The translations under genes were made by a program, and so were the position numbers. From Eledone cirrhosa (taxonomy: Eukaryota): a stretch of 64,000 nucleotides of DNA. Below, piece after piece: positions 24,515 through 38,491 of this stretch. The notes beneath the pieces are model-generated. The model did not search any database and had not been told where the DNA came from. It was given only the letters and a program-made list of their open reading frames with translations. The stretch is from the NCBI GenBank assembly GCA_964016885.1, contig OZ024748.1, positions 44,516,001 through 44,580,000 on the forward strand, in the 5' to 3' direction. Positions within the stretch are counted from its first letter, which is position 1; each line of letters opens with the position of its first letter.

Positions 24515-24673
24515 CAAGGCTTGCTGATGAGATGTTCATTCTGTGACATTGAGCCTATAACAGATACTGAGCAAGGAACAACCTGTTTCACTTCCTCTGG
24601 ACTGCTGGGAGATGCTGATATCATACATATTCCTTCATCTCTATCAGGTGTGGACGGAGTAGTGATAGGGGCT
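24515..24673 (-). CDS. GRAM-domain protein, exon A (minimal form; 5' boundary uncertain, may extend to 42157)
   Basis: cttccattttcag|AGCCCCT...AAGCCTTG|gtaatg; 159 bp, phase 2-2. Encodes non-repetitive APITTPSTPDRDEGICMISASPSSPEEVKQVVPCSVSVIGSMSQNEHLISKP. TG+T joins exon B in frame. Confidence 0.75.
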
Positions 24674-27600
24674 CTGAAAATGGAAGTAGTAGTAGTAGCA
24701 GTATTAGTAGGGGCTCTGAAAATGGAAGTAGTAGTAGTAGTAGCAGTATTAGTAGGGGCTCTGAAAATGGAAGTAGTAGTAGTAGTAGCAGTATTAGTAG
24801 GGGCTCTGAAAATGGAAGTAGTAGTAGTAGTAGCAGTATTAGTAGGGGCTCTGAAAATGGAAGCAGCAGTAGTAGTATTAGTAATATTAATAGGGCTCTG
24901 AAAATCGTATTAGTATTATTATTAGTAGTAATAGTAACAGTATTAATATGGGCTCTGAAAATAGTAGTAGTAGGAGTTTTGAAAAGAGGAGTACCAATAG
25001 TAGTAGTAGTAGTGGGGGTTTTGAAAAAAGGAGTACCAATAGTAGTAGTAGTAGTGGGGGTTTTGAAAAAAGGAGTACCAATAGTAGTAGTAGTAGTAGT
25101 GGGGGTTTTGAAAAAAGGAGTACCAATAGTAGTAGTAGTAGTGGGGGTTTTGAAAAAAGGAGTACCAATAGTAGTAGTAGTAGTAGTGGGGGTTTTGAAA
25201 AAAGGAGTACCAATAGTAGTAGTAGTAGTAGTAGTAGTGGGGGTTTTGAAAAAAAGAGTACCAATAGTAGTAGTAGTAGTAGTGGGGTTTTTGAAAAAAG
25301 GAGTACCAATAGTAGTAGTAGTAGTAGTAGTGGGGGTTTTGAAAAAAGGAGTACCAATAGTAGTAGTAGTAGTAGTGGGGGTTTTGAAAAAAGGAGTACC
25401 AATAGTAGTAGTAGTAGTAGTGTTGGTTTTGAAAAAAGGAGTACCAATAGTAGTAGTAGTAGTAGTGGGGGTTTTGAAAAAAAGAGTACCAATAGTAGTA
25501 GTAGTAGTAGTGGGGTTTTTGAAAAAAGGAGTACCAATAGTAGTAGTAGTAGTAGTGGGGGTTTTGAAAAAATGAGTATCAATAGTAGTAGTAGTAGTAG
25601 TAGTAGTAGGGGGGTTTTGAAAAAATGAGTACCAATAGTAGTAGTAGTAGTAGTAGTAGGGGGGTTTTGAAAAAAGGAGTACCAATAGTAGTAGTAGTAG
25701 TAGTGGGGGTTTTGAAAAAAGGAGTACCAATAGTAGTAGTAGTAGTAGTGGGGGTTTTGAAAAAATGAGTATCAATAGTAGTAGTAGTAGTAGTAGTAGT
25801 AGTAGGGGGGTTTTGAAAAAATGAGTACCAATAGTAGTAGTAGTAGTAGTAGTAGGGGGGTTTTGAAAAAAGGAGTACCAATAGTAGTAGTAGTAGTAGA
25901 AGTAGGGGGGTTTTGAAAAAAGGAGTACCAATAGTAGTAGTAGTAGTAGTAGTAGTAGGGGGGTTTTGAAAAAATGAGTACCAATAGTAGTAGTAGTAGT
26001 AGTAGAAGTAGGGGGGTTTTGAAAAAAGGAGTACCAATAGTAGTAGTAGTAGTAGTAGTAGTAGGGGGGTTTTGAAAAAATGAGTATCAATAGTAGTAGT
26101 AGTAGTAGGGGGATTTTGAAAAAAGGAGTACCAATAGTAGTAGTAGTAGTAGTAGTACCAAACCTTTCAGTGCAAGGTGTAGTAGTAGTAGTAGTACCAA
26201 ACCTTTCAGTGCAAGGTGTAGTAGTAGTAGTAGTGATAGTACTAAACCTTTCAGTACAAGGTGTAGTAGTAGTAGTAGTACCAAACCTTTCAGTGCAAGG
26301 TGTAGTAGTAGTAGTAGTACCAAACCTTTCAGTGCAAGGTGTAGTAGTAGTAGTAGTGGTAGTACTAAACCTTTCAGTACAAGGTGTAGTAGTAGTAGTA
26401 GTAGTACTAAACCTTTCAGTACAAGGTGTAGTAGTAGTAGTGATAGTAGTAAACCTTTCAGTACAAGGTGTAGTAGTAGTAGTAGTGGTAGTACTAAACC
26501 TTTCAGTACAAGGTGTAGTAGTAGTGATAGTACTAAACCTTTCAGTACAAGGTGTAGTAGTAGTAGTAGTAGTACTAAACCTTTCAGTACAAGGTGTAGT
26601 AGTAGTAGTGGTAGTACTAAACCTTTCAGTACTAGGTGTAGTAGTAGTAGTGGTAGTACTAAACCTTTCAGTACTAGGTGTAGTAGTAGTAGTGGTAGTA
26701 CTAAACCTTTCAGTACAAGGTGTAGTAGTAGTAGTGGTAGTACTAAACCTTTCAGTACAAGGTGTAGTAGTAGTAGTGGTAGTACCAAACGTTTCAGTAC
26801 AAGGTGTAGTAGTAGTAGTGGTAGTACTAAACCTTTCAGTACAAGGTGTAGTAGTAGTAGTGGTAGTACTAAACCTTTCAGTACAAGGTGTAGTAGTAGT
26901 AGTAGTGGTAGTACTAAACCTTTCAGTACAAGGTGTAGTAGTAGTAGTGATAGTACTAAACCTTTCAGTACAAGGTGTAGTAGTAGTAGTAGTACTAAAC
27001 CTTTCAGTACAAGGTGTAGTAGTAGTAGTAGTGGTAGTACTAAACCTTTCAGTACAAGGTGTAGTAGTAGTAGTGATAGTACTAAACCTTTCAGTACAAG
27101 GTGTAGTAGTAGTAGTAGTGGTAGTACTAAACCTTTCAGTACAAGGTGTAGTAGTAGTAGTAGTGGTAGTATTAAACCTGTCAGTACAAGGTGTAGTAGT
27201 AGTAGTAGTACTAAACCTTTCAATACAAGGTGTAGTAGTAATAGTAGTACTAAACCTTTCAGTACAAGGTGTAGTAGTAGTAGTAGTACTAAACCTTTCA
27301 GTACAGGGTGTAGTAGTAGTAGTACTAAACCTTTCAATACAAGGTGTAGTAGTAATAGTAGTACTAAACCTTTCAGTACAAGGTGTAGTAGTAGTAGTAG
27401 TACTAAACCTTTCAGTACAGGGTGTAGTAGTAGTAGTACTAAACTTTTCAGTACAAGGTGTAGTAGTAGTAGTAGTATTAAACTTTTCAGTACAAGGTGT
27501 AGTAGTAGTAGTACTAAACATTTCAGTACAAGGTGTAGTAGTAGTAGTAGTAGTAGTACTAAACTTTTCAGTACAAGGTGTAGTAGTAGTAGTACTAAAC

Positions 27601-30600
27601 ATTTCAGTACAAGGTGTAGTAGTAGTAGTAGTAGTAGTACTAAACTTTTCAGTACAAGGTGTAGTAGTAGTAGTAGTAGTAGTAGTACTAAACATTTCAG
27701 TACAAGGTGTAGTAGTAGTAGTAGTACTAAACTTTTCAGTACAAGGTGTAGTAGTAGTAGTAGGAGTAGTACTAAACCTTTCAGTACAGGGTGTAGTAGT
27801 AGTAGTATTAAACTTTTCAGTACAAGGTGTAGTAGTAGTGGAAGTACTAAACTTTTTAGTACAGGGTGTAGTAGTAGTAGTAGTACTAAACCTTTCAGTA
27901 CAAGGTGTAGTAGTAGTAGTAGTACTAAACTTTTCAGTACAAGGTGTAGTATTAGTAGGAGTAGTACTAAACCTTTCAGTACAGGGTGTAGTAGTAGTGG
28001 TAGTACTAAACCTTTCAGTACAGGGTGTAGTAGTAGTAGTATTAAACTTTTCAGTACAGGGTGTAGTAGTAGTAGTACTAAACTTTTCAGTACAAGGTGT
28101 AGTAGTAGTAGTGGTAGTACTAAACCTTTCAGTACAAGGTGTAGTAGTAGTAGTGGTAGTACTAAACCTTTCAGTACAAGGTGTAGTAGTAGTGGTAGTA
28201 CTAAACCTTTCAGTACAAGGTGTAGTAGTAGTGATAGTTCTAAACCTTTCAGTACAAGGTGTAGTAGTAGTAGTAGTAGTACTAAACCTTTCAGTACAGG
28301 GTGTAGTAGTAGTAGTACTAAACTTTTCAGTACAAGGTGTAGTAGTAGTATTAAACTTTTCAGTACAAGGTGTAGTGGTAGTGGTTGTACTAAACTTTTC
28401 AGTACAAGGTGTAGTGGTAGTGGTAGTGGTAGTACTAAACCTTTCAGTACAGGGTGTAGTAGTAGTAGTAGTAGTAGTACTAAACTTTTCAGTACAAGGT
28501 GTAGTGGTAGTAGTAGTACTAAACTTTTCAGTACAAGGTGTAGTGGTAGTGGTAGTACTAAACCTTTCAGTACAAGGTGTAGTAGTAGTAGTAGTAGTAC
28601 TAAACTTTTCAGTACAAGGTGTAGTGGTAGTAGTAGTACTAAACTTTTCAGTACAAGGTGTAGTGGTAATAGTAGTAGTAGTATTAAACATGTCAGTACA
28701 AGGTGTAGTAGTAGTAGTAGTACTAAACCTTCCAATACAAGGTGTAGTAGTAGTACGAAACCTTTCAAAAAAGGGAAAAGGATCAGTAGAACAGTAAGAA
28801 AAAGGAGTAGTAGGAGGGTGGTAAAAACGCCAATCAGTACAAGTATTAGTTGTATTAGTATTAGTAGTAGTAGTGGGGGTTTTGAAAAAAGGATTAGCAC
28901 TAGTAGTAGTAGTAGTGGGGGTTTTGAAAAAAGGATTACCACTAGTAGTAGTAGTAGTAGTAGTGGGGGTTTTGAAAAAAGGAGTACCACTAGTAGTAGT
29001 ATTGTTTTTGGAAAAAAGAGTAGTATTACCAAACCTTTCAAAAGAGGGTGTAGTAGTAGTACCAAACCTTTCAAAAGAGGGTGTAGTAGTATTACCAAAC
29101 CTTTCAAAAGAGGGTGTAGTAGTATTACCCAACATTTCAAAAGAGGGTGTAGTAGTATTACCAAACATTTCAAAAGAGGGTGTAGTAGTAGTACCAAACC
29201 TTTCAAAAGAGGGTGTAGTAGTAGTACCAAACCTTTCAAAAGAGGGTGTAGTAGTAGTACCAAACCTTTCAAAAGAGGGTGTAGTAGTAGTACCAAACCT
29301 TTCAAAAGGGGGTGTAGTAGTATTACCAAACCTTTCAAAAGAGGGTGTAGTAGTATTACCAAACATTTCAAAAGAGGGTGTAGTAGTATTACCAAACCTT
29401 TCAAAAGAGGGTGTAGTAGTAGTACCAAACCTTTCAAAAGAGGGTGTAGTAGTAGTACCAAACCTTTCAAAAGGGGGTGTAGTAGTAGTACCAAACCTTT
29501 CAAAAGGGGGTGTAGTAGTATTACCAAACATTTCAAAAGAGGGTGTAGTAGTATTACCAAACCTTTCAAAAGAGGGTGTAGTAGTATTACCAAACCTTTC
29601 AAAAGAGGGTGTAGTAGTAGTACCAAACCTTTCAAAAGAGGGTGTAGTAGTAGTACCAAACCTTTCAAAAGAGGGTGTAGTAGTAGTACCAAACCTTTCA
29701 AAAGAGGGTGTAGTAGTAGTACCAAACCTTTCAAAAGAGGGTGTAGTAGTAGTACCAAACCTTTCAAAAGAGGGTGTAGTAGTAGTACCAAACCTTTCAA
29801 AAGAGGGTGTAGTAGTAGTACCAAACCTTTCAAAAGAGGGTGTAGTAGTAGTACCAAACCTTTCAAAAGAGGGTGTAGTAGTAGTACCAAAACTTTCAAA
29901 AGGGGATGTAGTTGTAGTACCAAACCTTTCAAAAGGGGGTGTAGTAGTAGTATTACCAAACCTTTCAAAAGGGGGTGTAGTAGTAGTAGTACCAAACCTT
30001 TCAAAAGGGGGGTGTAGTAGTAGTAGTACCAAACCTTCCAAAAGGGGGTGTAGTAGTAGTAGTAGTACTAAACCTTTCAAAAGGGGGTGTAGTAGTAGTA
30101 GTACCAAACCTTTCAAAAGGGGGTGTAGTAGTAGTAGTACCAAACCTTTCAAAAGGGGGTGTAGTAGTAGTAGTACCAAACCTTTCAAAAGGGGGGTGTA
30201 GTAGTAGTAGTACCAAACCTTTCAAAAGGGGGTGTAGTGGTAGTAGTACTAAACCTTCCAAAAGGGGGTGTAGTAGTAGTAGTACCAAACCTTTCAAAAG
30301 GGGGTGTACTAGTAGTAGTACCAAACCTTTCAAAAGGGGGTGTAGTAGTAGTAGTACTAAACCTTCCAAAAGAGGGTGTAGTACTACCAAACCTTTCAAA
30401 AGACAGTGTAGTAGTAGTAACAAACCTTTCAAAAGAGGGAAAAGGATCAGTAGAACAGTCAAAAAAAGGAGTATTAGGGGGTGAATTGTTAAGAGGAGTA
30501 GTAGGAGGGTGGTAAAAACGATTATCAGTACAATTATTATTATTATTATTAGTAGTAGTAGTGGGGGTTTTCAAAAAAGGAGTACCACTAGAAGTAGTAG

Positions 30601-33600
30601 TGGTAATAGTAGTATTGTTTTTGGAAAAAAGAGTAGTGGTAGTACCAAACCTTTCAGTACAAGGTGTAGTAGTAGTAGTAGTGGTAGTACCAAACCTTTC
30701 AGTACAAGGTGTAGTAGTAGTGGTAGTACCAAACCTTTCAGTACAAGGTGTAGTAGTAGTAGTAGTGGTAGTACTAAACCTTTCAGTACAAGGTGTAGTA
30801 GTAGTAGTAGTGGTAGTACCAAACCTTTCAGTACAAGGTGTAGTAGTAGTAGTAGTGGTAGTACCAAACCTTTCAGTACAAGGTGTAGTAGTAGTAGTAG
30901 TGGTAGTACTAAACCTTTCAATACAAGGTGTAGTAGTAATAGTAGTACTAAACCTTTCAGTACAGGGTGTAGTAGTAGTAGTAGTATTAAACTTTTCAGT
31001 ACAAGGTGTAGTAGTAGTAGGACTAAACATTTCAGTACAAGGTGTAGTAGTAGTAGTAGTAGTAGTACTAAACTTTTCAGTACAAGGTGTAGTAGTAGTA
31101 GTAGTACTAAACATTTCAGTACAAGGTGTAGTAGTAGTAGTACTAAACATTTCAGTACAAGGTGTAGTAGTAGTAGTAGTATTAAACTTTTCAGTACAAG
31201 GTGTAGTAGTAGTAGTACTAAACATTTCAGTACAAGGTGTAGTAGTAGTAGTAGTAGTAGTACTAAACTTTTCAGTACAAGGTGTAGTAGTAGTAGTACT
31301 AAACATTTCAGTACAAGGTGTAGTAGTAGTAGTACTAAACATTTCAGTACAAGGTGTAGTAGTAGTAGTAGTATTAAACTTTTCAGTACAAGGTGTAGTA
31401 GTAGTAGTACTAAACATTTCAGTACAAGGTGTAGTAGTAGTAGTACTAAACATTTCAGTACAAGGTGTAGTAGTAGTAGTAGTATTAAACTTTTCAGTAC
31501 AAGGTGTAGTAGTAGTAGTACTAAACATTTCAGTACAAGGTGTAGTAGTAGTAGTAGTAGTAGTACTAAACTTTTCAGTACAAGGTGTAGTAGTAGTAGT
31601 ACTAAACATTTCAGTACAAGGTGTAGTAGTAGTAGTACTAAACATTTCAGTACAAGGTGTAGTAGTAGTAGTACTAAACATTTCAGTACAAGGTGTAGTA
31701 GTAGTAGTAGTAGTAGTACTAAACTTTTCAGTACAAGGTGTAGTAGTAGTAGTACTAAACATTTCAGTACAAGGTGTAGTAGTAGTAGTAGTAGTAGTAC
31801 TAAACATTTCAGTACAAGGTGTAGTAGTAGTAGTACTAAACATTTCAGTACAAGGTGTAGTAGTAGTAGTAGTAGTAGTACTAAACTTTTCAGTACAAGG
31901 TGTAGTAGTAGTAGTACTAAACATTTCAGTACAAGGTGTAGTAGTAGTAGTACTAAACATTTCAGTACAAGGTGTAGTAGTAGTAGTACTAAACATTTCA
32001 GTACAAGGTGTAGTAGTAGTAGTACTAAACATTTCAGTACAAGGTGTAGTAGTAGTAGTACTAAACATTTCAGTACAAGGTGTAGTAGTAGTAGTAGTAG
32101 TAGTACTAAACTTTTCAGTACAAGGTGTAGTAGTAGTAGTACTAAACATTTCAGTACAAGGTGTAGTAGTAGTAGTAGTAGTAGTACTAAACATTTCAGT
32201 ACAAGGTGTAGTAGTAGTAGTACTAAACATTTCAGGACAAGGTGTAGTAGTAGTAGTAGTAGTAGTACTAAACTTTTCAGTACAAGGTGTAGTAGTAGTA
32301 GTACTAAACATTTCAGTACAAGGTGTAGTAGTAGTAGTACTAAACATTTCAGTACAAGGTGTAGTAGTAGTAGTACTAAACATTTCAGTACAAGGTGTAG
32401 TAGTAGTAGTAGTATTAAACTTTTCAGTACAAGGTGTAGTAGTAGTAGTACTAAACATTTCAGTACAAGGTGTAGTAGTAGTAGTAGTAGTAGTACTAAA
32501 CTTTTCAGTACAAGGTGTAGTAGTAGTAGTACTAAACATTTCAGTACAAGGTGTAGTAGTAGTAGTACTAAACATTTCAGTACAAGGTGTAGTAGTAGTA
32601 GTAGTATTAAACTTTTCAGTACAAGGTGTAGTAGTAGTAGTACTAAACATTTCAGTACAAGGTGTAGTAGTAGTAGTACTAAACATTTCAGTACAAGGTG
32701 TAGTAGTAGTAGTAGTATTAAACTTTTCAGTACAAGGTGTAGTAGTAGTAGTACTAAACATTTCAGTACAAGGTGTAGTAGTAGTAGTAGTAGTAGTACT
32801 AAACTTTTCAGTACAAGGTGTAGTAGTAGTAGTACTAAACATTTCAGTACAAGGTGTAGTAGTAGTAGTACTAAACATTTCAGTACAAGGTGTAGTAGTA
32901 GTAGTAGTAGTAGTACTAAACTTTTCAGTACAAGGTGTAGTAGTAGTAGTACTAAACATTTCAGTACAAGGTGTAGTAGTAGTAGTAGTACTAAACTTTT
33001 CAGTACAGGGTGTAGTAGTAGTAGTATTAAACTTTTCAGTACAAGGTGTAGTAGTAGTAGTAGGAGTAGTACTAAACCTTTCAGTACAGGGTGTAGTAGT
33101 AGTAGTATTAAACTTTTCAGTACAAGGTGTAGTAGTAGTGGAAGTACTAAACTTTTTAGTACAGGGTGTAGTAGTAGTAGTACTAAACATTTCAGTACAA
33201 GGTGTAGTAGTAGTAGTAGTAGTAGTACTAAACCTTTCAGTACAAGGTGTAGTAGTAGTAGTAGTACTAAACTTTTCAGTACAAGGTGTAGTATTAGTAG
33301 GAGTAGTACTAAACCTTTCAGTACAGGGTGTAGTAGTAGTGGTAGTACTAAACCTTTCAGTACAGGGTGTAGTAGTAGTAGTATTAAACTTTTCAGTACA
33401 GGGTGTAGTAGTAGTAGTACTAAACTTTTCAGTACAAGGTGTAGTAGTAGTAGTGGTAGTACTAAACCTTTCAGTACAAGGTGTAGTAGTAGTAGTGGTA
33501 GTACTAAACCTTTCAGTACAAGGTGTAGTAGTAGTGGTAGTACTAAACCTTTCAGTACAAGGTGTAGTAGTAGTGATAGTTCTAAACCTTTCAGTACAAG

Positions 33601-36600
33601 GTGTAGTAGTAGTAGTAGTAGTACTAAAGCTTTCAGTACAGGGTGTAGTAGTAGTAGTACTAAACCTTTCAGTACAGGGTGTAGTAGTAGTAGTACTAAA
33701 CTTTTCAGTACAAGGTGTAGTAGTAGTATTAAACTTTTCAGTACAAGGTGTAGTGGTAGTGGTTGTACTAAACTTTTCAGTACAAGGTGTAGTGGTAGTG
33801 GTAGTACTAAACCTTTCAGTACAGGGTGTAGTAGTAGTAGTAGTAGTAGTAGTAGTACTAAACTTTTCAGTACAAGGTGTAGTGGTAGTAGTAGTACTAA
33901 ACTTTTCAGTACAAGGTGTAGTGGTAGTGGTAGTACTAAACCTTTCAGTACAAGGTGTAGTAGTAGTAGTAATAGTACTAAACTTTTCAGTACAAGGTGT
34001 AGTGGTAGTAGTAGTACTAAACTTTTCAGTACAAGGTGTAGTGGTAATAGTAGTAGTAGTATTAAACATGTCAGTACAAGGTGTAGTAGTAGTAGTAGTA
34101 CTAAACCTTCCAATACAAGGTGTAGTAGTAGTACGAAACCTTTCAAAAAAGGGAAAAGGATCAGTAGAACAGTAAGAAAAAGGAGTAGTAGGAGGGTGGT
34201 AAAAACGCCAATCAGTACAAGTATTAGTTGTATTAGTATTAGTAGTAGTAGTAGTGGGGGTTTTGAAAAAAGGATTACTACTAGTAGTAGTAGTAGTGGG
34301 GGTTTTGAAAAAAGGAGTACCACTAGTAGTAGTATTGTTTTTGGAAAAAAGGGTAGTATTACGAAACCTTTTAAAAGAGGGAAAAGGATCAGTAGAACAG
34401 TAAGAAAAAGGAGTAGTAGGAGGGTGGTAAAAACGCCAATCAGTACAAGTATTAGTTGTATTAGTATTAGTAGTAGTAGTGGGGGTTTTGAAAAAAGGAT
34501 TACCACTAGTAGTAGTAGTAGTAGTAGTGGGGGTTTTGAAAAAAGGAGTACCACTAGTAGTAGTATTGTTTTTGGAAAAAAGAGTAGTATTACCAAACCT
34601 TTCAAAAGAGGGTGTAGTAGTAGTACCAAACCTTTCAAAAGAGGGTGTAGTAGTAGTACCAAACCTTTCAAAAGAGGGTGTAGTAGTAGTACCAAATGTT
34701 TCAAAAGAGGGTGTAGTAGTATTACCAAACCTTTCAAAAGAGGGTGTAGTAGTAGTACCAAACCTTTCAAAAGAGGGTGTAGTAGTAGTACCAAACCTTT
34801 CAAAAGAGGGTGTAGTAGTATTACCAAACCTTTCAAAAGAGGGTGTAGTAGTAGTACCAAACCTTTCAAAAGAGGTTGTAGTAGTAGTACCAAACCTTTC
34901 AAAAGAGGGTGTAGTAGTATTACCAAACCTTTCAAAAGAGGGTGTAGTAGTATTACCAAACCTTTCAAAAGAGGGTGTAGTAGTAGTACCAAACCTTTCA
35001 AAAGAGGGTGTAGTAGTAGTACCAAATGTTTCAAAAGAGGGTGTAGTAGTATTACCAAACCTTTCAAAAGAGGGTGTAGTAGTAGTACCAAACCTTTCAA
35101 AAGAGGGTGTAGTAGTAGTACCAAACCTTTCAAAAGAGGGTGTAGTAGTATTACCAAACCTTTCAAAAGAGGGTGTAGTAGTAGTACCAAACCTTTCAAA
35201 AGAGGTTGTAGTAGTAGTACCAAACCTTTCAAAAGAGGGTGTAGTAGTAGTACCAAACCTTTCAAAAGAGGGTGTAGTAGTATTACCAAACCTTTCAAAA
35301 GAGGGTGTAGTAGTAGTACCAAACCTTTCAAAAGAGGTTGTAGTAGTAGTACCAAACCTTTCAAAAGAGGGTGTAGTAGTAGTACCAAACCTTTCAAAAG
35401 AGGGTGTAGTAGTATTACCAAACCTTTCAAAAGAGGGTGTAGTAGTATTACCAAACCTTTCAAAAGAGGGTGTAGTAGTATTACCAAACGTTTTAAAAGA
35501 GGGTGTAGTAGTAGTACCAAACCTTTCAAAAGGGGGTGTAGTAGTAGTATTACCAAACCTTTCAAAAGGGGGTGTAGTAGTAGTAGTAGTACTAAACCTT
35601 TCAAAAGGGGGTGTAGTAGTAGTAGTACCAAACCTTTCAAAAGAGGGTGTAGTAGTAGTACCAAACCTTTCAAAAGAGGGTGTAGTAGTAGTACCAAACC
35701 TTTCAAAAGAGGGTGTAGTAGTAGTACCAAAACTTTCAAAAGGGGATGTAGTTGTAGTACCAAACCTTTCAAAAGGGGGTGTAGTAGTAGTAGTACCAAA
35801 CCTTTCAAAAGGGGGTGTAGTAGTATTACCAAACCTTTCAAAAGGGGGTGTAGTAGTATTACCAAACCTTTCAAAAGGGGGTGTAGTAGTAGTAGTAGTA
35901 CCAAACCTTTCAAAAGGGGGTGTAGTAGTATTACCAAACCTTTCAAAAGGGGGTGTAGTAGTAGTAGTAGTACCAAACCTTTCAAAAGGGGGTGTAGTAG
36001 TATTACCAAACCTTTCAAAAGGGGGTGTAGTAGTAGTAGTAGTACCAAACCTTTCAAAAGGGGGTGTAGTAGTATTACCAAACCTTTCAAAAGGGGGTGT
36101 AGTAGTAGTAGTAGTACTAAACCTTTCAAAAGGGGGTGTAGTAGTAGTAGTACCAAACCTTTCAAAAGAGGGTGTAGTAGTAGTACCAAACCTTCCAAAA
36201 GGGGGTGTAGTAGTAGTAGTAGTACCAAACCTTTCAAAAGGGGGTGTAGTAGTAGTAGTACCAAACCTTCCAAAAGGGGGTGTAGTAGTAGTAGTACCAA
36301 ACCTTCCAAAAGGGGGTGTAGTAGTAGTAGTAGTACCAAACCTTCCAAAAGGGGGTGTAGTAGTAGTAGTAGTACCAAACCTTTCAAAAGGGGGTGTAGT
36401 AGTAGTAGTACCAAACCTTTCAAAAGGGGGTGTAGTGGTAGTAGTACCAAACCTTTCAAAAGGGGGTGTAGTAGTAGTAGTACCAAACCTTTCAAAAGGG
36501 GGTGTAGTGGTAGTAGTACCAAACCTTTCAAAAGGGGGTGTAGTAGTAGTAGTAGTACCAAACCTTCCAAAAGGGGGTGTAGTAGTAGTAGTAGTACCAA

Positions 36601-38458
36601 ACCTTTCAAAAGGGGGTGTAGTAGTAGTAGTACCAAACCTTTCAAAAGGGGGTGTAGTGGTAGTAGTACCAAACCTTTCAAAAGGGGGTGTAGTAGTAGT
36701 AGTAGTACCAAACCTTCCAAAAGGGGGTGTAGTAGTAGTAGTAGTACCAAACCTTTCAGAAGGGGGTGTAGTAGTAGTAGTACCAAACCTTTCAAAAGGG
36801 GGTGTAGTGGTAGTAGTACCAAACCTTTCAAAAGGGGGTGTAGTAGTAGTAGTACCAAACCTTTCAAAAGGGGGTGTAGTAGTAGTAGTACCAAACCTTT
36901 CAAAAGGGGGGTGTAGTAGTAGTAGTACCAAACCTTTCAAAAGGGGGTGTAGTGGTAGTAGTACCAAACCTTTCAGAAGGGGGTGTAGTAGTAGTAGTAC
37001 CAAACCTTTCAAAAGGGGGTGTAGTAGTAGTAGTACCAAACCTTTCAAAAGGGGGGTGTAGTAGTAGTAGTACCAAAACTTTCAAAAGGGGGTGTAGTAG
37101 TAGTAGTACCAAACCTTTCAAAAGGGGGTGTACTAGTAGTAGTACCAAAACTTTCAAAAGGGGGTGTAGTAGTAGTAGTACTAAACCTTCCAAAGGAGGG
37201 TGTAGTAGTACCAAACCTTTCAAAAGACAGTGTAGTAGTAGTAACAAACCTTTCAAAAGAGGGAAAAGGATCAGTAGAACAGTCAAAAAAAGGAGTATTA
37301 GGGGGTGAATTGTTAAGAGGAGTAGTAGGAGGGTGGTAAAAACGATTATCAGTACAATTATTATTATTATTATTAGTAGTAGTAGTGGGGGTTTTCAAAA
37401 AAGGAGTACCACTAGAAGTAGTAGTGGTAATAGTAGTATTGTTTTTGGAAAAAAGAGTAGTGGTAGTACCAAACCTTTCAGTACAAGGTGTAGTAGTAGT
37501 AGTAGTGGTAGTACCAAACCTTTCAGTACAAGGTGTAGTAGTAGTAGTAGTGGTAGTACCAAACCTTTCAGTACAAGGTGTAGTAGTAGTAGTAGTGGTA
37601 GTACCAAACCTTTCAGTACAAGGTGTAGTAGTAGTAGTGGTGGTAGTACCAAACCTTTCAGTACAAGGTGTAGTAGTAGTAGTAGTGGTAGTACCAAACC
37701 TTTCAGTACAAGGTGTAGTAGTAGTAGTGGTGGTAGTACCAAACCTTTCAGTACAAGGTGTAGTAGTAGTAGTAGTGGTAGTACTAAACCTTTCAGTACA
37801 AGGTGTAGTAGTAGTAGTGGTGGTAGTACCAAACCTTTCAGTACAAGGTGTAGTAGTAGTAGTAGTGGTAGTACCAAACCTTTCAGTACAAGGTGTAGTA
37901 GTAGTAGTGGTGGTAGTACCAAACCTTTCAGTACAAGGTGTAGTAGTAGTAGTAGTGGTAGTACTAAACCTTTCAGTACAAGGTGTAGTAGTAGTAGTGG
38001 TGGTAGTACCAAACCTTTCAGTACAAGGTGTAGTAGTAGTAGTAGTGGTAGTACCAAACCTTTCAGTACAAGGTGTAGTAGTAGTAGTAGTGGTAGTACC
38101 AAACCTTTCAGTACAAGGTGTAGTAGTAGTAGTAGTGGTAGTACTAAACCTTTCAGTACAAGGTGTAGTAGTAGTAGTAGTACTAAACCTTTCACTACAG
38201 GGTGTAGTAGTAGTAGTACTAAACTTTTCAGTACAAGGTGTAGTAGTAGTAGTAGTATTAAACTTTTCAGTACAAGGTGTAGTAGTAGTAGTAGTATTAA
38301 ACTTTTCAGTACAAGGTGTAGTAGTAGTAGTAGTATTAAACTTTTCAGTACAAGGTGTAGTGGTAGTAGTAGTAGTAGTAGTAGTAGTAGTATTAAACTT
38401 TTCAGTACAAGGTGTAGTAGTAGTAGTAGTATTAAACTTTTCAGTACAAGGTGTAGTG

Positions 38459-38491
<33 letters not shown>

